A stretch of DNA of 63,980 nt, counting the filler, from Octopus bimaculoides (taxonomy: Eukaryota), in NCBI RefSeq assembly GCF_001194135.2. It is 9 parts of 8 records of this genome, joined end to end, with 100 filler letters (N's around TTAATTAATTAA, not from the genome) between each part and the next. Parts side by side here need not be neighbours in the genome. Positions count along the whole stretch, not along the records: positions 1 to 3,915 come from NC_068985.1; positions 4,016 to 14,293 come from NC_068981.1; 7 more parts are not named here. The stretch is one strand, 5' to 3'. The notes under the pieces are model-generated. The model made no database searches and had not been told where the DNA came from. It saw only the letters and a list, made by a program, of their open reading frames with translations. Below are positions 1-11,968 of the stretch, piece after piece. Position numbers and translations under genes: made by a program. Numbering within the stretch: the first letter of the stretch is position 1; each line of letters opens with the position of its first letter.

Positions 1-244
1 GGTAGTGGCTGACGATGACGACTGCAACTATTGTGTAATGAATATGTGGAAAAGTTGTAGTAGTTGGTAGCAGCAGTAGCAGTAGCAGTAGTAGTAGTAG
101 TAGTAGTAGTAGTAGTTGTTGTGGTGGTGGGAGTGATGTAATATGACAATGATTTTTGCAATTTTATTGTGTAATACAATGTAAAATGTTGCAGCAGCAG
201 TAGCAGTGGTGATGGTGGTGGTTGTAGTGGTCATGGTTGTAGTG

Positions 245-291
<47 letters not shown>

Positions 292-590
292 CATAGCAGC
301 AGCAGTAGTAGTAGTTGCAGTAGCAGTAGTAGTAGTAGGAGCAGCAGCAGTAGTAGTTGTAGTAGCAGTAGTAGAAGTAGTAGTAGTAGTAGTAGGAGGA
401 GAAGCAGTGGTGATGGTGGTGGTTGTAGTGATGGTGGTAGTAGTAGTAGTCATAGCAGCAGTAGCAGTAGTAATAGTAGCAGCAGCAGCAGCAGTGGTGA
501 TGGTGGCGGTTGTAGTGGTCATGGTTGTAGTGATGGTAGTAGTAGTAGTAGTAGTGGTAGTAGTGGTAGTAGTAGCTATAATCTGATATG
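1..590. repeat. Compound (GTA/GTG/GCA)n trinucleotide array with a ~100-bp higher-order unit
   Basis: Runs of gta, gtg and gca. The block cagtggtgatggtgg(t/c)ggttgtagtg...gtagtcatagcagc recurs about three times. It explains the poly-T, poly-V and poly-Y ORFs. Confidence 0.95.
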
Positions 591-810
591 TCAAGCTCTA
601 ATCTAACTAAATATGCACAGAGATCACTGACATCATTGTTGTTATTCATTATCACACAGTGTGTGATATGATGTAATATCACAAACTACTATTGACTTTT
701 ATAGAGGCTACAACAAGCCAGTGGAGTCGCTGTGTGTGATATCACTTGAAGATGATTTAGCATTTTAGCATTTGCAATATAGATTTGAGGCAATATCACC
801 AATTTGACAA

Positions 811-1024
811 GGTGGCGAGCTGGCAGAAACGTAGCACGCCGGGCGAAATGCTTAGCAGTATTTTGTCTGTCTTTATGTTCTGAGTTCAAATTCTGCCGAG
901 GTCGACTTTGCTTTTCATCCTTTCGGGGGTCGATAAATTAAATACCAGTTGCGTACTGGGGTTGAGCTAATCGACTGGTCCCCTTCCCCAAAAAATTTAG
1001 GGCCTTGTGCCTAGAGTAGAAAAG
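811..1024 (+). mobile_element. tRNA-derived SINE, family A (Meta/beta-domain-like body)
   Basis: Head ggtggcgagctggcagaaacg with B-box gagttcaaattc, body ctttcatcctttcggggtcgataaattaaataccag, tail ccttgtgcctagagtagaaaaga. Many copies in the window. The domain name is from recollection and unverified. Confidence 0.85.
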
Positions 1025-1026
1025 AC

Positions 1027-1523
1027 GGTGGCGAGTTGGCAGAAATGTTAGCATGCCGGGCAAAATGCTTAGTGGTATTTCATCAGCCGCTATGTTCTGA
1101 GTTCAATTTCCACTGAAGTCGACTTTGCCTTTCANNNNNNNNNNTCATCAGCCGCTATGTTCTGAGTTCAATTTCCACTGAAGTCGACTTTGCCTTTCAT
1201 CCTTTCAGGGTCGATAAATTAAATACCAGTTGCATACTGGGGTCGATATAATCGACTTAATCCCTTTGTCTGTCCTTGTTTGTCCCCTCTATGTTTAGCC
1301 CCTTGTTGGCAATAAAGAAATAATAAACGTTAGCATGCCGGGCAAAATGCTTAGCGGTATTTCGTCTGTCTTTACGTTTTGAGTTCAAATTCTGCTGAGG
1401 TCGACTTTGTTTTTCATCCTTTCGGGGTCGATAAATTAAATACCAGTTGCGTAATGGGGTCGATGTAATCGACTGGTCCCTCCCCCAAAATTTCAGGCCT
1501 TGAGCCTAGAGTAGAAAAGAATA
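1027..1523 (+). mobile_element. Family A SINE, dimeric form
   Basis: Two family-A monomers joined by ccctttgtctgtccttgtttgtcccctctatgttt, the same architecture as 44372-44715. The sequence either side of the 10-N gap at 1135-1144 is duplicated (assembly overlap). Confidence 0.8.
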
Positions 1524-1669
1524 TCACTAATGCATGGAGTATCACTTATCTTCTATCTTTTGCTTGTTGCAGCCATTAGATTGTGACCAGGCTGTGGCAC
1601 CACCTTAAAGGTTTAGTTGGATACAAAAGAATTTACCTCCAGTACTTATCTTATTTTATTTTAAGTTTG

Positions 1670-1900
1670 CTTCGCAACCCCATGGTTGCACTTTGGACAA
1701 GTGTCTTCTACTATAGCCCTGGGCTGACCAAGGCCTTGTGAGTGGGTTTGTTACTTGGAAACTGAAACTCCTTGTACACGTGTGTGTGTGTGTGTGTGTA
1801 TGTGTGTCTCTTTGTATTTGTGTTTGTCCCTCACTACAGCTTCACAAATGGTTGGTTAGTTTACTTCTCACCACACAACCATTGAGGCATATTTTCAAAA
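1670..1900 (+). mobile_element. CORE-type tRNA SINE, family B (degenerate)
   Basis: ttggacaagtgtcttctactatagccctgggctgaccaaggccttgtgagtggg...gaaactgaaa followed by (TG)n. Confidence 0.75.
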
Positions 1901-2084
1901 GCCAGGTGCCTTTCCTGTTAACAACACTTACCCGTTTCCAAGCAAGGAAATATTTCCCCATGGCCGGACATGTTTTCATGGAGGATTGCAAATAATTGAC
2001 ACTGCTTGTATGATGGTGTTGCTTGTTTACAGCTGCTACATGCTATCAAGACAAGGAGCCATAAACACATGCATACTCATATAT

Positions 2085-2240
2085 GACAAGCTTCTTTCAG
2101 TTTCCATCTAACAAATCCACTTGTAAGGCTTTGGTTGACTTGAGGTCGTGGTAGAAAACATTTGCCTGAGGTTCCGCACAGTGAGATTGAACTTGAAACT
2201 ACACGACTGGGAAGCATGCTTTTTAATCGCAGCCAAGCAT
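2085..2240 (-). mobile_element. Family B SINE head (degenerate)
   Basis: Reverse complement of the family B head: gcttctttcagtttccatctaacaaatccact... Confidence 0.75.
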
Positions 2241-2288
2241 GTATAGCGAGTGAGAGAGGGAGAGAGAAAGAGAGATTGATAGACGTAG

Positions 2289-2328
<40 letters not shown>

Positions 2329-3189
2329 GTATTAGAAATATATACATATAGACATATATAAAATGCATGCACACAAAGATTTCAAATTGCACCATTATAA
2401 ACACTCGCTGCAAATAATGCTAAGCACACATACACACACATGCACATGCACACATGTGCACATATAAACATCCATTCAATAAAGAATAAACACACAGTTA
2501 CATGTACACACACACACATGTATACACAAATGCCTTCTTAAGATTTCCTGCAGAAGACGAGAATCCACATGGGAACTGGTTCTGGTAAATAGCATTTGCA
2601 GAAGAAAAGACACAAGTATTCTAAGATCTATGTTACGGCATATGAAATTCTTCGCTTCTTTTCTTCTTCAATTCTTTCTTTTTCTTGGTTCATTTAATGC
2701 AGTCTTTATAGAAAAATGTCTAACATATTCATTGCAGCTTTTATCATTTATTATTCAATCAGTTTTCTGGATGCATTTATACAGTAAACACGGTTTCTTC
2801 AAAATCCTACCTAAATTCACTCAAGTTTCTTTTCTGTAGATGTCTCACTGTCTTTTCCCCATTTTTTTTTTCTTTTTTTCATTTATTCTCTCTTTTTTCA
2901 GACAAAACAGGAAATATGGCTGACATTTTAGTCTACTTTATTTCATTAATCAACATTCTAGAATCTAGATGCTGCTAATTTAGTTTTTAAACAGGACATG
3001 ATGTCTTCAAACTCCTACTTAAATTTACTTATCTTCATCCAAAGCCTTATTTCTTTGAAATTTTCTTTTCTTTCATTCTTTTACTGCTGCAGTTTGAACA
3101 GAAACCATTTCAGACACATAAGGATCCGTTTTAACCCCTCCTCCCCAGTAAATCCTCTTTCTCTGCTGTTGTCACTGTATTATTTAGTT

Positions 3190-3523
3190 ATGGGCATGGC
3201 TGTGTGGTTAAGGGTTTTGTCTTGCAATCAGATGGCTTCAGGTTCAATCTTACTGTACAAGTGTTTTTCTTGAGCAAGTGTCTTTTTTATTATGGCACCA
3301 AGCTGACCAATGCTATACTCTTTTACTTGTTTCAGTCAGTTGACTGCGGCCATGCTGGAGCACTGCCTTTTAGTCGAGCAAATCAACCCCAGGACTTATT
3401 CTTTGGATACCTAGTACTTATTCTATCGTTCTCTTTTGCTGAACAGCTAAGTTACAGGGACATAAACACACCAGCATCGGTTGTCAAGTGATGTTGGGGG
3501 AACAAACACAGACACACAAACAT

Positions 3524-3540
<17 letters not shown>
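3190..3540. mobile_element. Family B SINE head (+) abutting a family B tail module (-)
   Basis: ggctgtgtggttaag...ttgagcaagtgtc, then cttttacttgtttcagtcagttgactgcggccatgctggagcac..., the reverse complement of the tail at 19740-19850. Confidence 0.75.
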
Positions 3541-3555
<15 letters not shown>

Positions 3556-3700
3556 GTATATAATTTACAGAAAAACCACTATTAAATAATTCAATAAAGA
3601 AGAATTTAATTCATATCCCCCAGAAAATAAATATCTCATAAAATCCTTATTCAAAAACTCAATAAAATACAAAAAGAATAACTAGTAAATGGTATAAAAA

Positions 3701-3816
3701 TGACTACGCACGTTTCATGGCTATATTTTCAAATAGATAACTATTAAAACCAATTCAATTAATTATTTGATTAATAACCAAATCGATCTATTGAAAAATA
3801 GTCACTCATCAGGTCT
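3701..3816 (-). ncRNA. Candidate type I hammerhead ribozyme with extended stem II, in an AT-rich repeat
   Basis: Minus strand: gac-CTGATGA-G[~20-bp stem plus AT-rich loop]T-GAAAC-gtgc-GTA-gtc. Core intact, 3-bp stem I, G-U at the base of stem II. Confidence 0.55.
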
Positions 3817-3915
3817 AAGATAAAATAAAAATAATAATAAAAAAGTCAATGTACATATTGTGACTTATACTAAATATTTAAAAAAATACTTGTTTTAACA
3901 ATAAATAAATAAATA

Positions 3916-4015
3916 NNNNNNNNNNNNNNNNNNNNNNNNNNNNNNNNNNNNNNNNNNNNTTAATTAATTAANNNNNNNNNNNNNNNNNNNNNNNNNNNNN
4001 NNNNNNNNNNNNNNN
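3916..4015. other. Artificial scaffold-join spacer (44N-TTAATTAATTAA-44N); the same 12-mer is at 14338, 17670, 35742, 41606, 54287, 59252 and 62788
   Basis: Identical palindromic 12-mer with stops in all six frames, centred in N-runs. The spacers counted were 100 bp. Confidence 0.95.
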
Positions 4016-4393
4016 GACAAGTATTCAGTTGTTTATATTTACTCCTTTGGCTGATTAAGCGGTTTAAAGCGTATTTAATTTCCATAGCTTCGTTTTGCTT
4101 TTTTCTTTTTAAATTTGCTGTTTTACCCTAACCCTAACCCTATCACCGATAGAATTGTTTCAGAATCGTTTGTTTATGTAGTCGGCACTTAATGTATATC
4201 GGCTGAATGGACGTCAGTGATTGGTTGAAATTACAGAAATACGACAACTTTAACATGGAATAACTTAGGGATTTCTTTTTTTTTTAAGAAGACTAAGAGA
4301 AAAAGATGTTTTATATGACACATTCTACCAGTGTTCCGAGTTTCAAAGTGTTTCGTTAATGAAAAATGTGGCCCCCGTTTTAAAAAAGATCCC
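4016..4393. mobile_element. MITE fragment of the GGGATCTTT...AAAGATCCC-terminus family
   Basis: Shares the gacgtcagtgattggttgaaatta module and the gacacattctaccag...aaagtgtttcgtt module with 8602-8966. Ends aaagatccc; the left end is lost in the gap. Confidence 0.7.
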
Positions 4394-4899
4394 AGATTGT
4401 TTTGATATTTATTTTACATTCTTACTTTACAACGTATTCGCTATAAATCAATAAATAAAGAGTTTTTAGTGATTAAGGTTTGAAAATTTTGGTAATTTTA
4501 GCCAATCGTAAGCTACGGACACATTCATGTCTGTTTCGATAGTAACAAACGGAAAGATAAGAACTCTTTTTTTCTTATTGCCATAGTAACAGTCTTTGAA
4601 AAGTTTGCGAGGAAGTACGTGTTGACAGCTGTCTTGTTTACTCATTTCTTTTTGTCATTGAGGTGTGCTAAAAATAACAGCAAAATAAGATTTTTGCGAT
4701 AAATCTTTTAAATTAAAGTTTATTTGCCAACATTTTGCTCAGAGATTTAAAACTGTTTTTTCTCTTTTAAATGAATACAAACATTTATTTACATGAAAGA
4801 AAATCACCGGAGAACTTTCGGGCTAAAAATAACGGCGAAATAAGATTTATTTATATGAAAGAAAATTACCGGAGACATAACACGTGTTGTTTACAAATA

Positions 4900-5265
4900 T
4901 TGTTGTTGTTGGCACTCCGTCGCTTACAACGTCGAGGGTTCCATTTGATCCGATCAACGGTACAGCCTGCTCGTGAAATTAACGTGCAAGTGGCTGAGCA
5001 CTCCACAAACACATGTACCCTTAACGCGTAGTTCTCGGGGATATTCAGTGTGACAAGGCTGACCCTTTGAATTACAGGTACAACAGAAGCAGGAAGTAAG
5101 AGTGAGAGAAAGTTGTGGTGAAAGAGTACAGCAGGGTTCGCCACCATCCCCTGCCGGAGCCTCGTGGAGCTTTAGGTGTTTTCGCGCAATAAACACTCAC
5201 AACGCCCGGTCTGGGAATCGAAACCGCGAGTCCGCTGCCCTAACCACTGGGCCATTGCGCCTCCA
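4900..5265 (-). mobile_element. tRNA-derived SINE, family C (possibly Ceph-SINE-like), full length with 12-bp TSD
   Basis: Minus strand starts tggaggcgcaatggcccagtggttagggcagcggactcgcggtttcgattcc (A and B boxes) and ends (caa)n. It is flanked by ttacaaatattg at 4891-4902 and 5267-5278. Confidence 0.85.
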
Positions 5266-6664
5266 CTTACAAATATTGACAATACGTGCTATTTTCAGGA
5301 TGTTGACGACAAAATGTGAAGTCACGCACAAAATGACAGCTTCCAAATCCTGTTTCCTGACTGGGTGAAAATGATCAAACTTTAAACCTGTATAACTTTT
5401 TAAAAACATTTTTCTGAAAAAAAAAAAAATTGAAATAACTCCAGCAGTTCAGTTTGGGCATGTCTATTATTGTGCCAAATTTTAAAATTTTCAGTAAACT
5501 TCAATTTTTGGAGCCACTGGCAACCAAACAGAAAAGATCCCTGAGTACCCTCAACACATCTTCATATTTAGTATATTACAGATAATTAAAGAAGTAACAA
5601 AATAGTATCACAACTGAACTAAATATCTCACATCAATACACATTATACCTCACCAAGATAACTAAAACAACTTTATTGCAGGCATCACCTTTACAACTTA
5701 AACACTTGTAGAGGAGGCTGTAACGGTTGATTAGTCCAAAATCTGTGAAACGTAATTAAATATGGAAAATAAAAATGTTTACAGTTTTCATTTGTATGTA
5801 GGATCAGTATACAAGGCTGTAGTAGTCAGCAGTTTAATGGTACAATAGAAATGAAGCTCGTGCGCCCTTAGGAATATGTCTGGTAGGAAAAGCTGTTTGG
5901 TAGAAAGCGAAACTGTACAACATGAGGAAGCGAAAATATACTGACCACTAATGTTCTCTCCAATGGGGAAAACTCAATGTATGTTTGAGAACAAAGGAAT
6001 TTATATGCTTTATCTACCATAACCTTAAAATGACCGTAGAATTTTACTCAAACAAAAGGAACTAAGATAAGTTTGACAGGTGACCTCGTAAATTTGTAAG
6101 TACTAACGTCAAAAACAAAGATAAAAACCTCGTAGGAAAATCTAGGTTAAAGTTTCGATTCTTTAACTTTCCTCTGACCACCTACCAATTATAATCACAC
6201 CGCTAATGCACGTCAATGTAAAAAGCAAAAACACTTTTATAAGCTTGCTAATGACTGAATCAAGTAAAGGATAAAAGACAATTACAAAATGAATAAAAAG
6301 TTAATATTTTACACTAGAATATAAAAAACAAAAACAAAAACAAAAAACTAATAACACAAAACAAACATTATGAGTGAGAGTTGTCGTCCGTCAGAAGTTA
6401 TCATTCAGACTAAATAAGAATCCAAGGTTTACAATTACTGTGATATAGACTGAATATCATCAGAGCATCAGTATTTCCGACTCTGCACACCAAGTTCAAA
6501 TCACATTGAGACCAATTTGGCCTTCAGCTTTTCATGTACAATAAATAAAGTACCAATACTGGAGTCGATTCTTCTTTCTCACTGGAAGAAATGAGTTACG
6601 TTGAGGCCTGGAGAGGGAAGTACATCAGCAAGTATTAAAAAATGCCCCAAACATGTCGTATATC

Positions 6665-6860
6665 CTTTTCTACTCTAGCAACAAGGCCCGAAATTTTGGG
6701 GGAGGGGGCCAGTCGATTAGATCGACTCCAGCACGCAACTGGTACTCAAAAGATGAAAGCAAAGTCGGCCTCGGTGGAATTTGAACTCAGAACGTAAAGA
6801 CAGACACAATACCGCTAAGCATTTCGCCCGGCGTGCTAACGTTTCTGCCAGCTTGCCTCC
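6665..6860 (-). mobile_element. Family A SINE
   Basis: Reverse complement of the 811-1024 family, with a small internal deletion. Confidence 0.85.
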
Positions 6861-8601
6861 TTCCAAAACATGCCGTATATCACTACTGCTATATTAGGAG
6901 TTGAGACTCGACGGAAGTAAATAATTGTTGTGGTGAACATCGTATATCACGAAATCATCTTCCGGATGTAGTTTTTTTCATTCGCAAAATATGCATTTTT
7001 AAAAAGGAAGTAAAAAATCTGAAAATCGGCTATAATAATTTAGCCTTCCATTGCTTTGAAAGTATGATGTTGTGGAGGAAAAAAAAAAATTGGAGAAAAA
7101 GTTACAGAGGTTTAAAAATCGAAAAAACTGAGTATTTTTAGCCATAGCGAGACAGAAATTTTCTGCGTTTAGCAGAGCGGTATCAACTTTAAGGTTGTAA
7201 CCTGTGAAATTTATAGTTTAGCATCTGATCTGTTCATTGTAGGTTTCTAAATAAACAGAAATACCTAATTTCATTGAAGGTTGCTAATTAAACAGAAATA
7301 CCTGATAAAATCAACATGTATTATCTTACTGTTTTTTTTACCTCTTCATTGATTGTATGTTTTTATCATTTAAAAAAAATTTGTTATATTAATATATTTG
7401 TTTGCATGTGTTTACTTTATGCGTACTTCAGTATTATGTATACATGCCATGTATTTATGTACATCATTAATATATAAGTGCATGTGTGTGTGTGTCTGCC
7501 TCCAAAACACCAAACTTAAATAACGTTTTCATGCTTGGATTTGTAAACTACGATAAGAATAACACTGGTCAACAAAGAATTTGTCCCAGGGAAAAGAATA
7601 CCTGTATCTCATATGTTTTTGCATGTAGAATTTAAAAAAATAATGTCAAATTATCTGTATCCACGATATCCCTCTCAGTTCCTGTTACGTATGTTAAATT
7701 TCAGATAAGCTGTTGAAATGTGAAGCTAACGGTTTAAGAAATATTCCTAATTAAAATTTTTATGAATAGAACTGACCTAGTGAAATCATAAATCCAGCTA
7801 TCTGAGGCAGTGAGTCCCCAAAATATATGAAATGAAAAATATGTAAAAATACTAAGTGTGAAAAATCAACATAGACAGCAGCGGCACAGATAACAGTGAA
7901 CCGCAATACAGCGTGTAGTTGTCATGGTAACAAGCTGCTAATACCACGCTGTCTGTTGATTGGCTAAAATTACCCAAATTTCAAAACTTTAATTCCGAAT
8001 AACATCAGATTCTTTAATTTACAAGATTGGTTGATCGTAATCAAAATTCAGAGTTGCATCGATACACCTAAATTGAAAGCAATCTGAGCAAAATTAAGTG
8101 GGGCTCATTTTGTGAATGAGAAAGACTAGATCCCATCTCTTGCCGGTATACCAACATCATTTAATATACTGAGTAGGGAGCTGACCTCGTGGTATATAAT
8201 GCACACCACTGCAATTATTTCCTTCCCCAACTCCTGATATAATCGCAGAACCTATGACTATATCAGTGGTTTCAGTTCCCAGCTCAACTAAAAGTTTCCT
8301 TTTCATTTCATTTGCAACACTACTTTCGAGAGACAGATTTTTTGAGTTGTAGACTTAATCCGACGCCCAGTTTAACACCGTCACGTGGCTATAAAGTGTC
8401 TTTTCGCAGAGTACACTCTGTTGCAAGTATTTGGTCCTAATCTTCTAATTTTCCCATACTCAAAATATACGTTTTTGTTGTTGGTCAAAACAAAAGAAGT
8501 GAGCGAACAAGGGAACTTTTGCATGGTTGTTAGACCAACAAGAAAACGCAACTAGACCTGCCTTCAATAATTTCCTACTGTCTTTTAAAAAAAGACACAC
8601 G

Positions 8602-8966
8602 GGGGATCTTTCTGATTTGGCGGACACCATTTGTTTTCTAACGAAACACTTTCAAACTTGGGATACTGGTAGAATGTGTCATATAAGCATCTTTTTCTCT
8701 TAGCCTTGTTAAGAAAAGTTTCTATATTCCGAGTTTATTGTTGACAAAGAACCAGTAACTGTATTCAGCTGAATAGACGTCAGTGATTGGTTGAAATTAC
8801 CGAAACACGACAATTTTTTAACATGAAATAACTTCGAATATAAAAATTTTTCTCTGTTCTATAAGACAAAATATACAAGTATACGAAGTTTTAAAGTGTT
8901 TCTGTAGAAAACACACCAAATAAAAACTTAATAAAAAATGGTGTCCGCCAAATCAGAAAGTTCTCC
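8602..8966. mobile_element. MITE with ~30-bp TIRs (superfamily unassigned)
   Basis: ctttctgatttggcggacaccattt (8608-8632) is the exact reverse complement of aaatggtgtccgccaaatcagaaag (8936-8960). No coding capacity. Confidence 0.9.
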
Positions 8967-9504
8967 AGATAGTCACGACTGGAAAGCTTTTAATCAGAGG
9001 ACTCGTGCATCAGGGTTGATCTGGGACTAAATAACACCACCACCAAGAACGAAAGGTAGTGACTGGTTGAGAGAATGGTAAATGGTGAAAGTAGTACAGT
9101 AAGAATACAGAGCCTCTATTCTTTGGGAGCAAACGTACAACAACGGCGACATCAACAAAGATTCAATTACTCCATACAAGCTTTTTAGTTCAACTAATTT
9201 CGGGTATTGCCCTTTAGCTGAGAGAGAAGGAAAAGTTCGACATACTTTATCTTTCACCGTCCGTCTGTCTCTGAGAAAGTGATGTAGCTTGGACATTAAA
9301 AAAAAAATCTCTTGGTAACCGAATTCGTTTTACAGCTTCCATTCTAGTATTGTAGTTATTTAAGTTTCATGCGCGCGCGCGCGCGTGTTTTGTGAGAAAG
9401 CGAGAAATAGGAAGAGAAAGAGAGAAACACAAATATTAGGCACAAACATTCTCATATACCCAGTACTGCGCGTGAGCCCAGGAGGGGCGCGTCTGCTTTT
9501 CCTT

Positions 9505-9615
9505 GACTTGCTAGAAATAGCACCCCCCCCTTACTCAAATCATATGTTGCCGTCTTAACGAACAAGAAAGACACATTGGATAATGTAAATCCTAGATATA
9601 TCATATATCTGATCG

Positions 9616-9698
<83 letters not shown>

Positions 9699-9805
9699 CG
9701 CACACACGCAGAACGGGTTAAATAAGGAGGTGGTCTCGATTGGCATACTTTTGATCATAGAACTGCTCAGTCAGAGTTGACCTGGGGGCGAAACAACAAT
9801 AACAA
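9505..9805 (+). mobile_element. Short interspersed repeat, family D, with internal (CA)n
   Basis: acttgctagaaatagca...gacacattggataatg...(CA)n...gatcatag...gacctggggg-aaacaac. Related tails at ~9000-9035 and ~44095-44120. Confidence 0.6.
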
Positions 9806-10316
9806 AAAGAGAAACAATATCACCCGTAGGAAATATTCTTTCCATGGAGACCTATTTGGCCTGTCGGTGAGTCTGGTGTGAGTGGGTGAGGCGAGGCGAG
9901 GCGAAAAGCTACGGAATTTAACCTTCTTTTATGTATGTATGTATGTATGAATGGAGTGTATGTATGTTTATATGCATGAACCTGTGTGTGTGTGTATATA
10001 TGTGTGAGAGTATGCGTGTATACATATATAACACACAGATAAAGGAAATTATATCCATCTATCTATCTATCTATCTATCTATCTGTCTGTTTGTCTGTCT
10101 GTCTGTCTAGATACATACATACATACACATATAAATGTCTGTGTATGTATATGTGTGTGTATATATACGTGCGTGTATATGTATGTGTATGCATGAGTGT
10201 GTGTATGCATGTATGTATGTATGTATGTATCTATCTATCTATCTGTCTGTCTGTCTATCTATCTTTCTAGACATACGTAAGCATAAAAAGGTTTTATACA
10301 TCCCCCATACATACAT

Positions 10317-10353
<37 letters not shown>

Positions 10354-10674
10354 TTCTCATTTACTTGCTAATTTCTCTTTTTTTTCTTTTTTCATTTTCA
10401 ACTTGTGAAACAGAAAGGAATTCGTAGAAACAACTCAGTCGGTGTCAACTTCAGGTTAGCGGACGTAACGACCCACTTTTGAAGTGCTTTATTTGTTGAT
10501 CTTAGAAAGAAATAGCTCACTGTATGTTTGTGTCTATTGCCCTAGTAAAGCCACCCTGAAATGTAGGAAAGCAACGTTGCTGCTTTGTGTGGACTTTTTG
10601 AATATTGAACATTGACTTGGCTTGACTCTTTGCCGTGTGAGTAAACGAGTTGATCGTAGCGGAAGGGTCAAATG

Positions 10675-10675
10675 T

Positions 10676-10748
<73 letters not shown>

Positions 10749-10790
10749 AGTAGTAGTGGTGGTGGTGGTAGTAGTAGTAGTAGTAGTAAT
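10675..10790. repeat. (CTA)n followed by (GTA/GTG)n microsatellite
   Basis: Read directly. The arms are partly complementary. Confidence 0.95.
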
Positions 10791-10867
10791 CAAGTAGGAA
10801 GAAACGGATCCTGTGTCAGTATCGACGATGAGCGTTTAGTTGTTCGATCAACTAAATTTTAACATTA

Positions 10868-11020
10868 GTACACACACACACGACGGGCTTCTTTCGGTTT
10901 CAGCCTTCCAAATCCACTCACAAGGCCTTAGTCGGCCTGGGGCTATAGTAGGAGGCGCCTACCCAGTGGGACTGAACTCAGAACCAGGTGGTTGGGGAGC
11001 AAGCTTCTTACCACACCCAC
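10868..11020 (-). mobile_element. Family B (CORE-type) SINE head
   Basis: gacgggcttctttcggtttc...ccactcacaaggcc...ccagtgggactgaactcagaacca. Confidence 0.8.
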
Positions 11021-11032
11021 AAACTTGTATAC

Positions 11033-11382
11033 TTTATAACCTCCGCCTTAGCGAAGGTGGAGGTATTTGTTTGTTTGCTTACCTGTGGACAAGATATTTC
11101 AAGAATTGCTGGATGGATTCGGATGAAACTTTCAGGAATGTTTGGCCTCATGACTGGCACGAACTGATTAGATTTTGGGATCGATCTGGTGCTGGACAAG
11201 GATTCTTGATTATTTTTCCGGATTTTTTAATATAATTTTTGAGAGCAGTCCGGTTCATTTTTAGTATTTTCACTTCTGAGAACAGTTGAGTTTATTTCAA
11301 GATATTCTCATTTTAAAAATCATTTCCGGCTAATCGTTGGTGTTGCCTTGGTAGAGGTTTGCTTTCTCTGAGTACTCTTGTT
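11033..11382 (+). mobile_element. Helentron-associated non-autonomous element (HINE/DINE-1-like)
   Basis: 5' hairpin acctccgcctt-agcg-aaggtggaggt followed by (gttt)n. The 3' sub-TIR ggtagaggt and end ctctgagtactcttgtt match the HINE architecture. Confidence 0.65.
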
Positions 11383-11968
11383 AGAATTACTTTAAAAAAA
11401 AATTATTTATTAGATTTTATTCTTAAAACTATAAACTCCATAAATTTTGTTCTGTTAAGTACATCAAGAACTTGAATCTACCGAAGTATGTAAGATATAA
11501 CCCACAAGAGATTATGACCAAGAACTGTGTCCTCATTTCCATTTGTTTTTTCTTTTTACTTGTTTCATTCTGATGCTAGTGAAACAGGCACTTCCTTTGC
11601 CCTGCAACAATTGAGGATGATACAACATCAGTCATTGGAAGCGATCCTCTTCTGTACTACTTGATTAATTATTCGAATGACTAGTGCGCACCCTGCTTTG
11701 TTGAATATTTCAACCCTCAGTCAATATCTGATGATTCGGCTGTCCTTACTGCTTTCAGACGCCATCGTGGCTAGACGGGGTAGGGAGGAGGAAGTGGTCC
11801 GCCATGGGGGGCACTTTTATGAGAGCGGCACCACTTTTGGGTCTGCTGTCGGTAATATGTATTTTTTCTTGGGACCCGGAGGCAGCAAAATAAAGGACCG
11901 CCCCGGGCGGCACACACTCTAGCTACGCTAGTGCCTTCAGATCCTTAGTGTCCATTTTTACAGTATAG

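Noticed and set aside
28-682. Thr-, Val- and Tyr-rich ORFs (mucin-like appearance)
   Set aside because: They are translations of a trinucleotide array open in several frames on both strands, with no splice or domain evidence.
1135-1200. Local tandem duplications across 10-N gaps (also at 17314-17345)
   Set aside because: Identical sequence on both sides of a minimal gap indicates unmerged contig overlap.
2520-3130. Purine-rich, coding-looking minus-strand sequence
   Set aside because: Stops occur in all frames and I recognise no motif; at most an unidentifiable TE relic.
4128-4145. (TAACCC)2-3 telomere-like repeat
   Set aside because: It is too short and lies inside a MITE; not an interstitial telomere.
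5200-5265. Possible tRNA gene
   Set aside because: It lacks a complete cloverleaf and continues into a SINE body with a TSD. The same applies to other gttcaaat / gttcgatt hits.
9827-10460. Possible micro-exons (tcg|gtgagt at ~9871; acag|aaagg...cag|gttagc at 10414-10455)
   Set aside because: Splice-like signals alone, with no recognisable peptide or consistent gene model; this needs RNA-seq.
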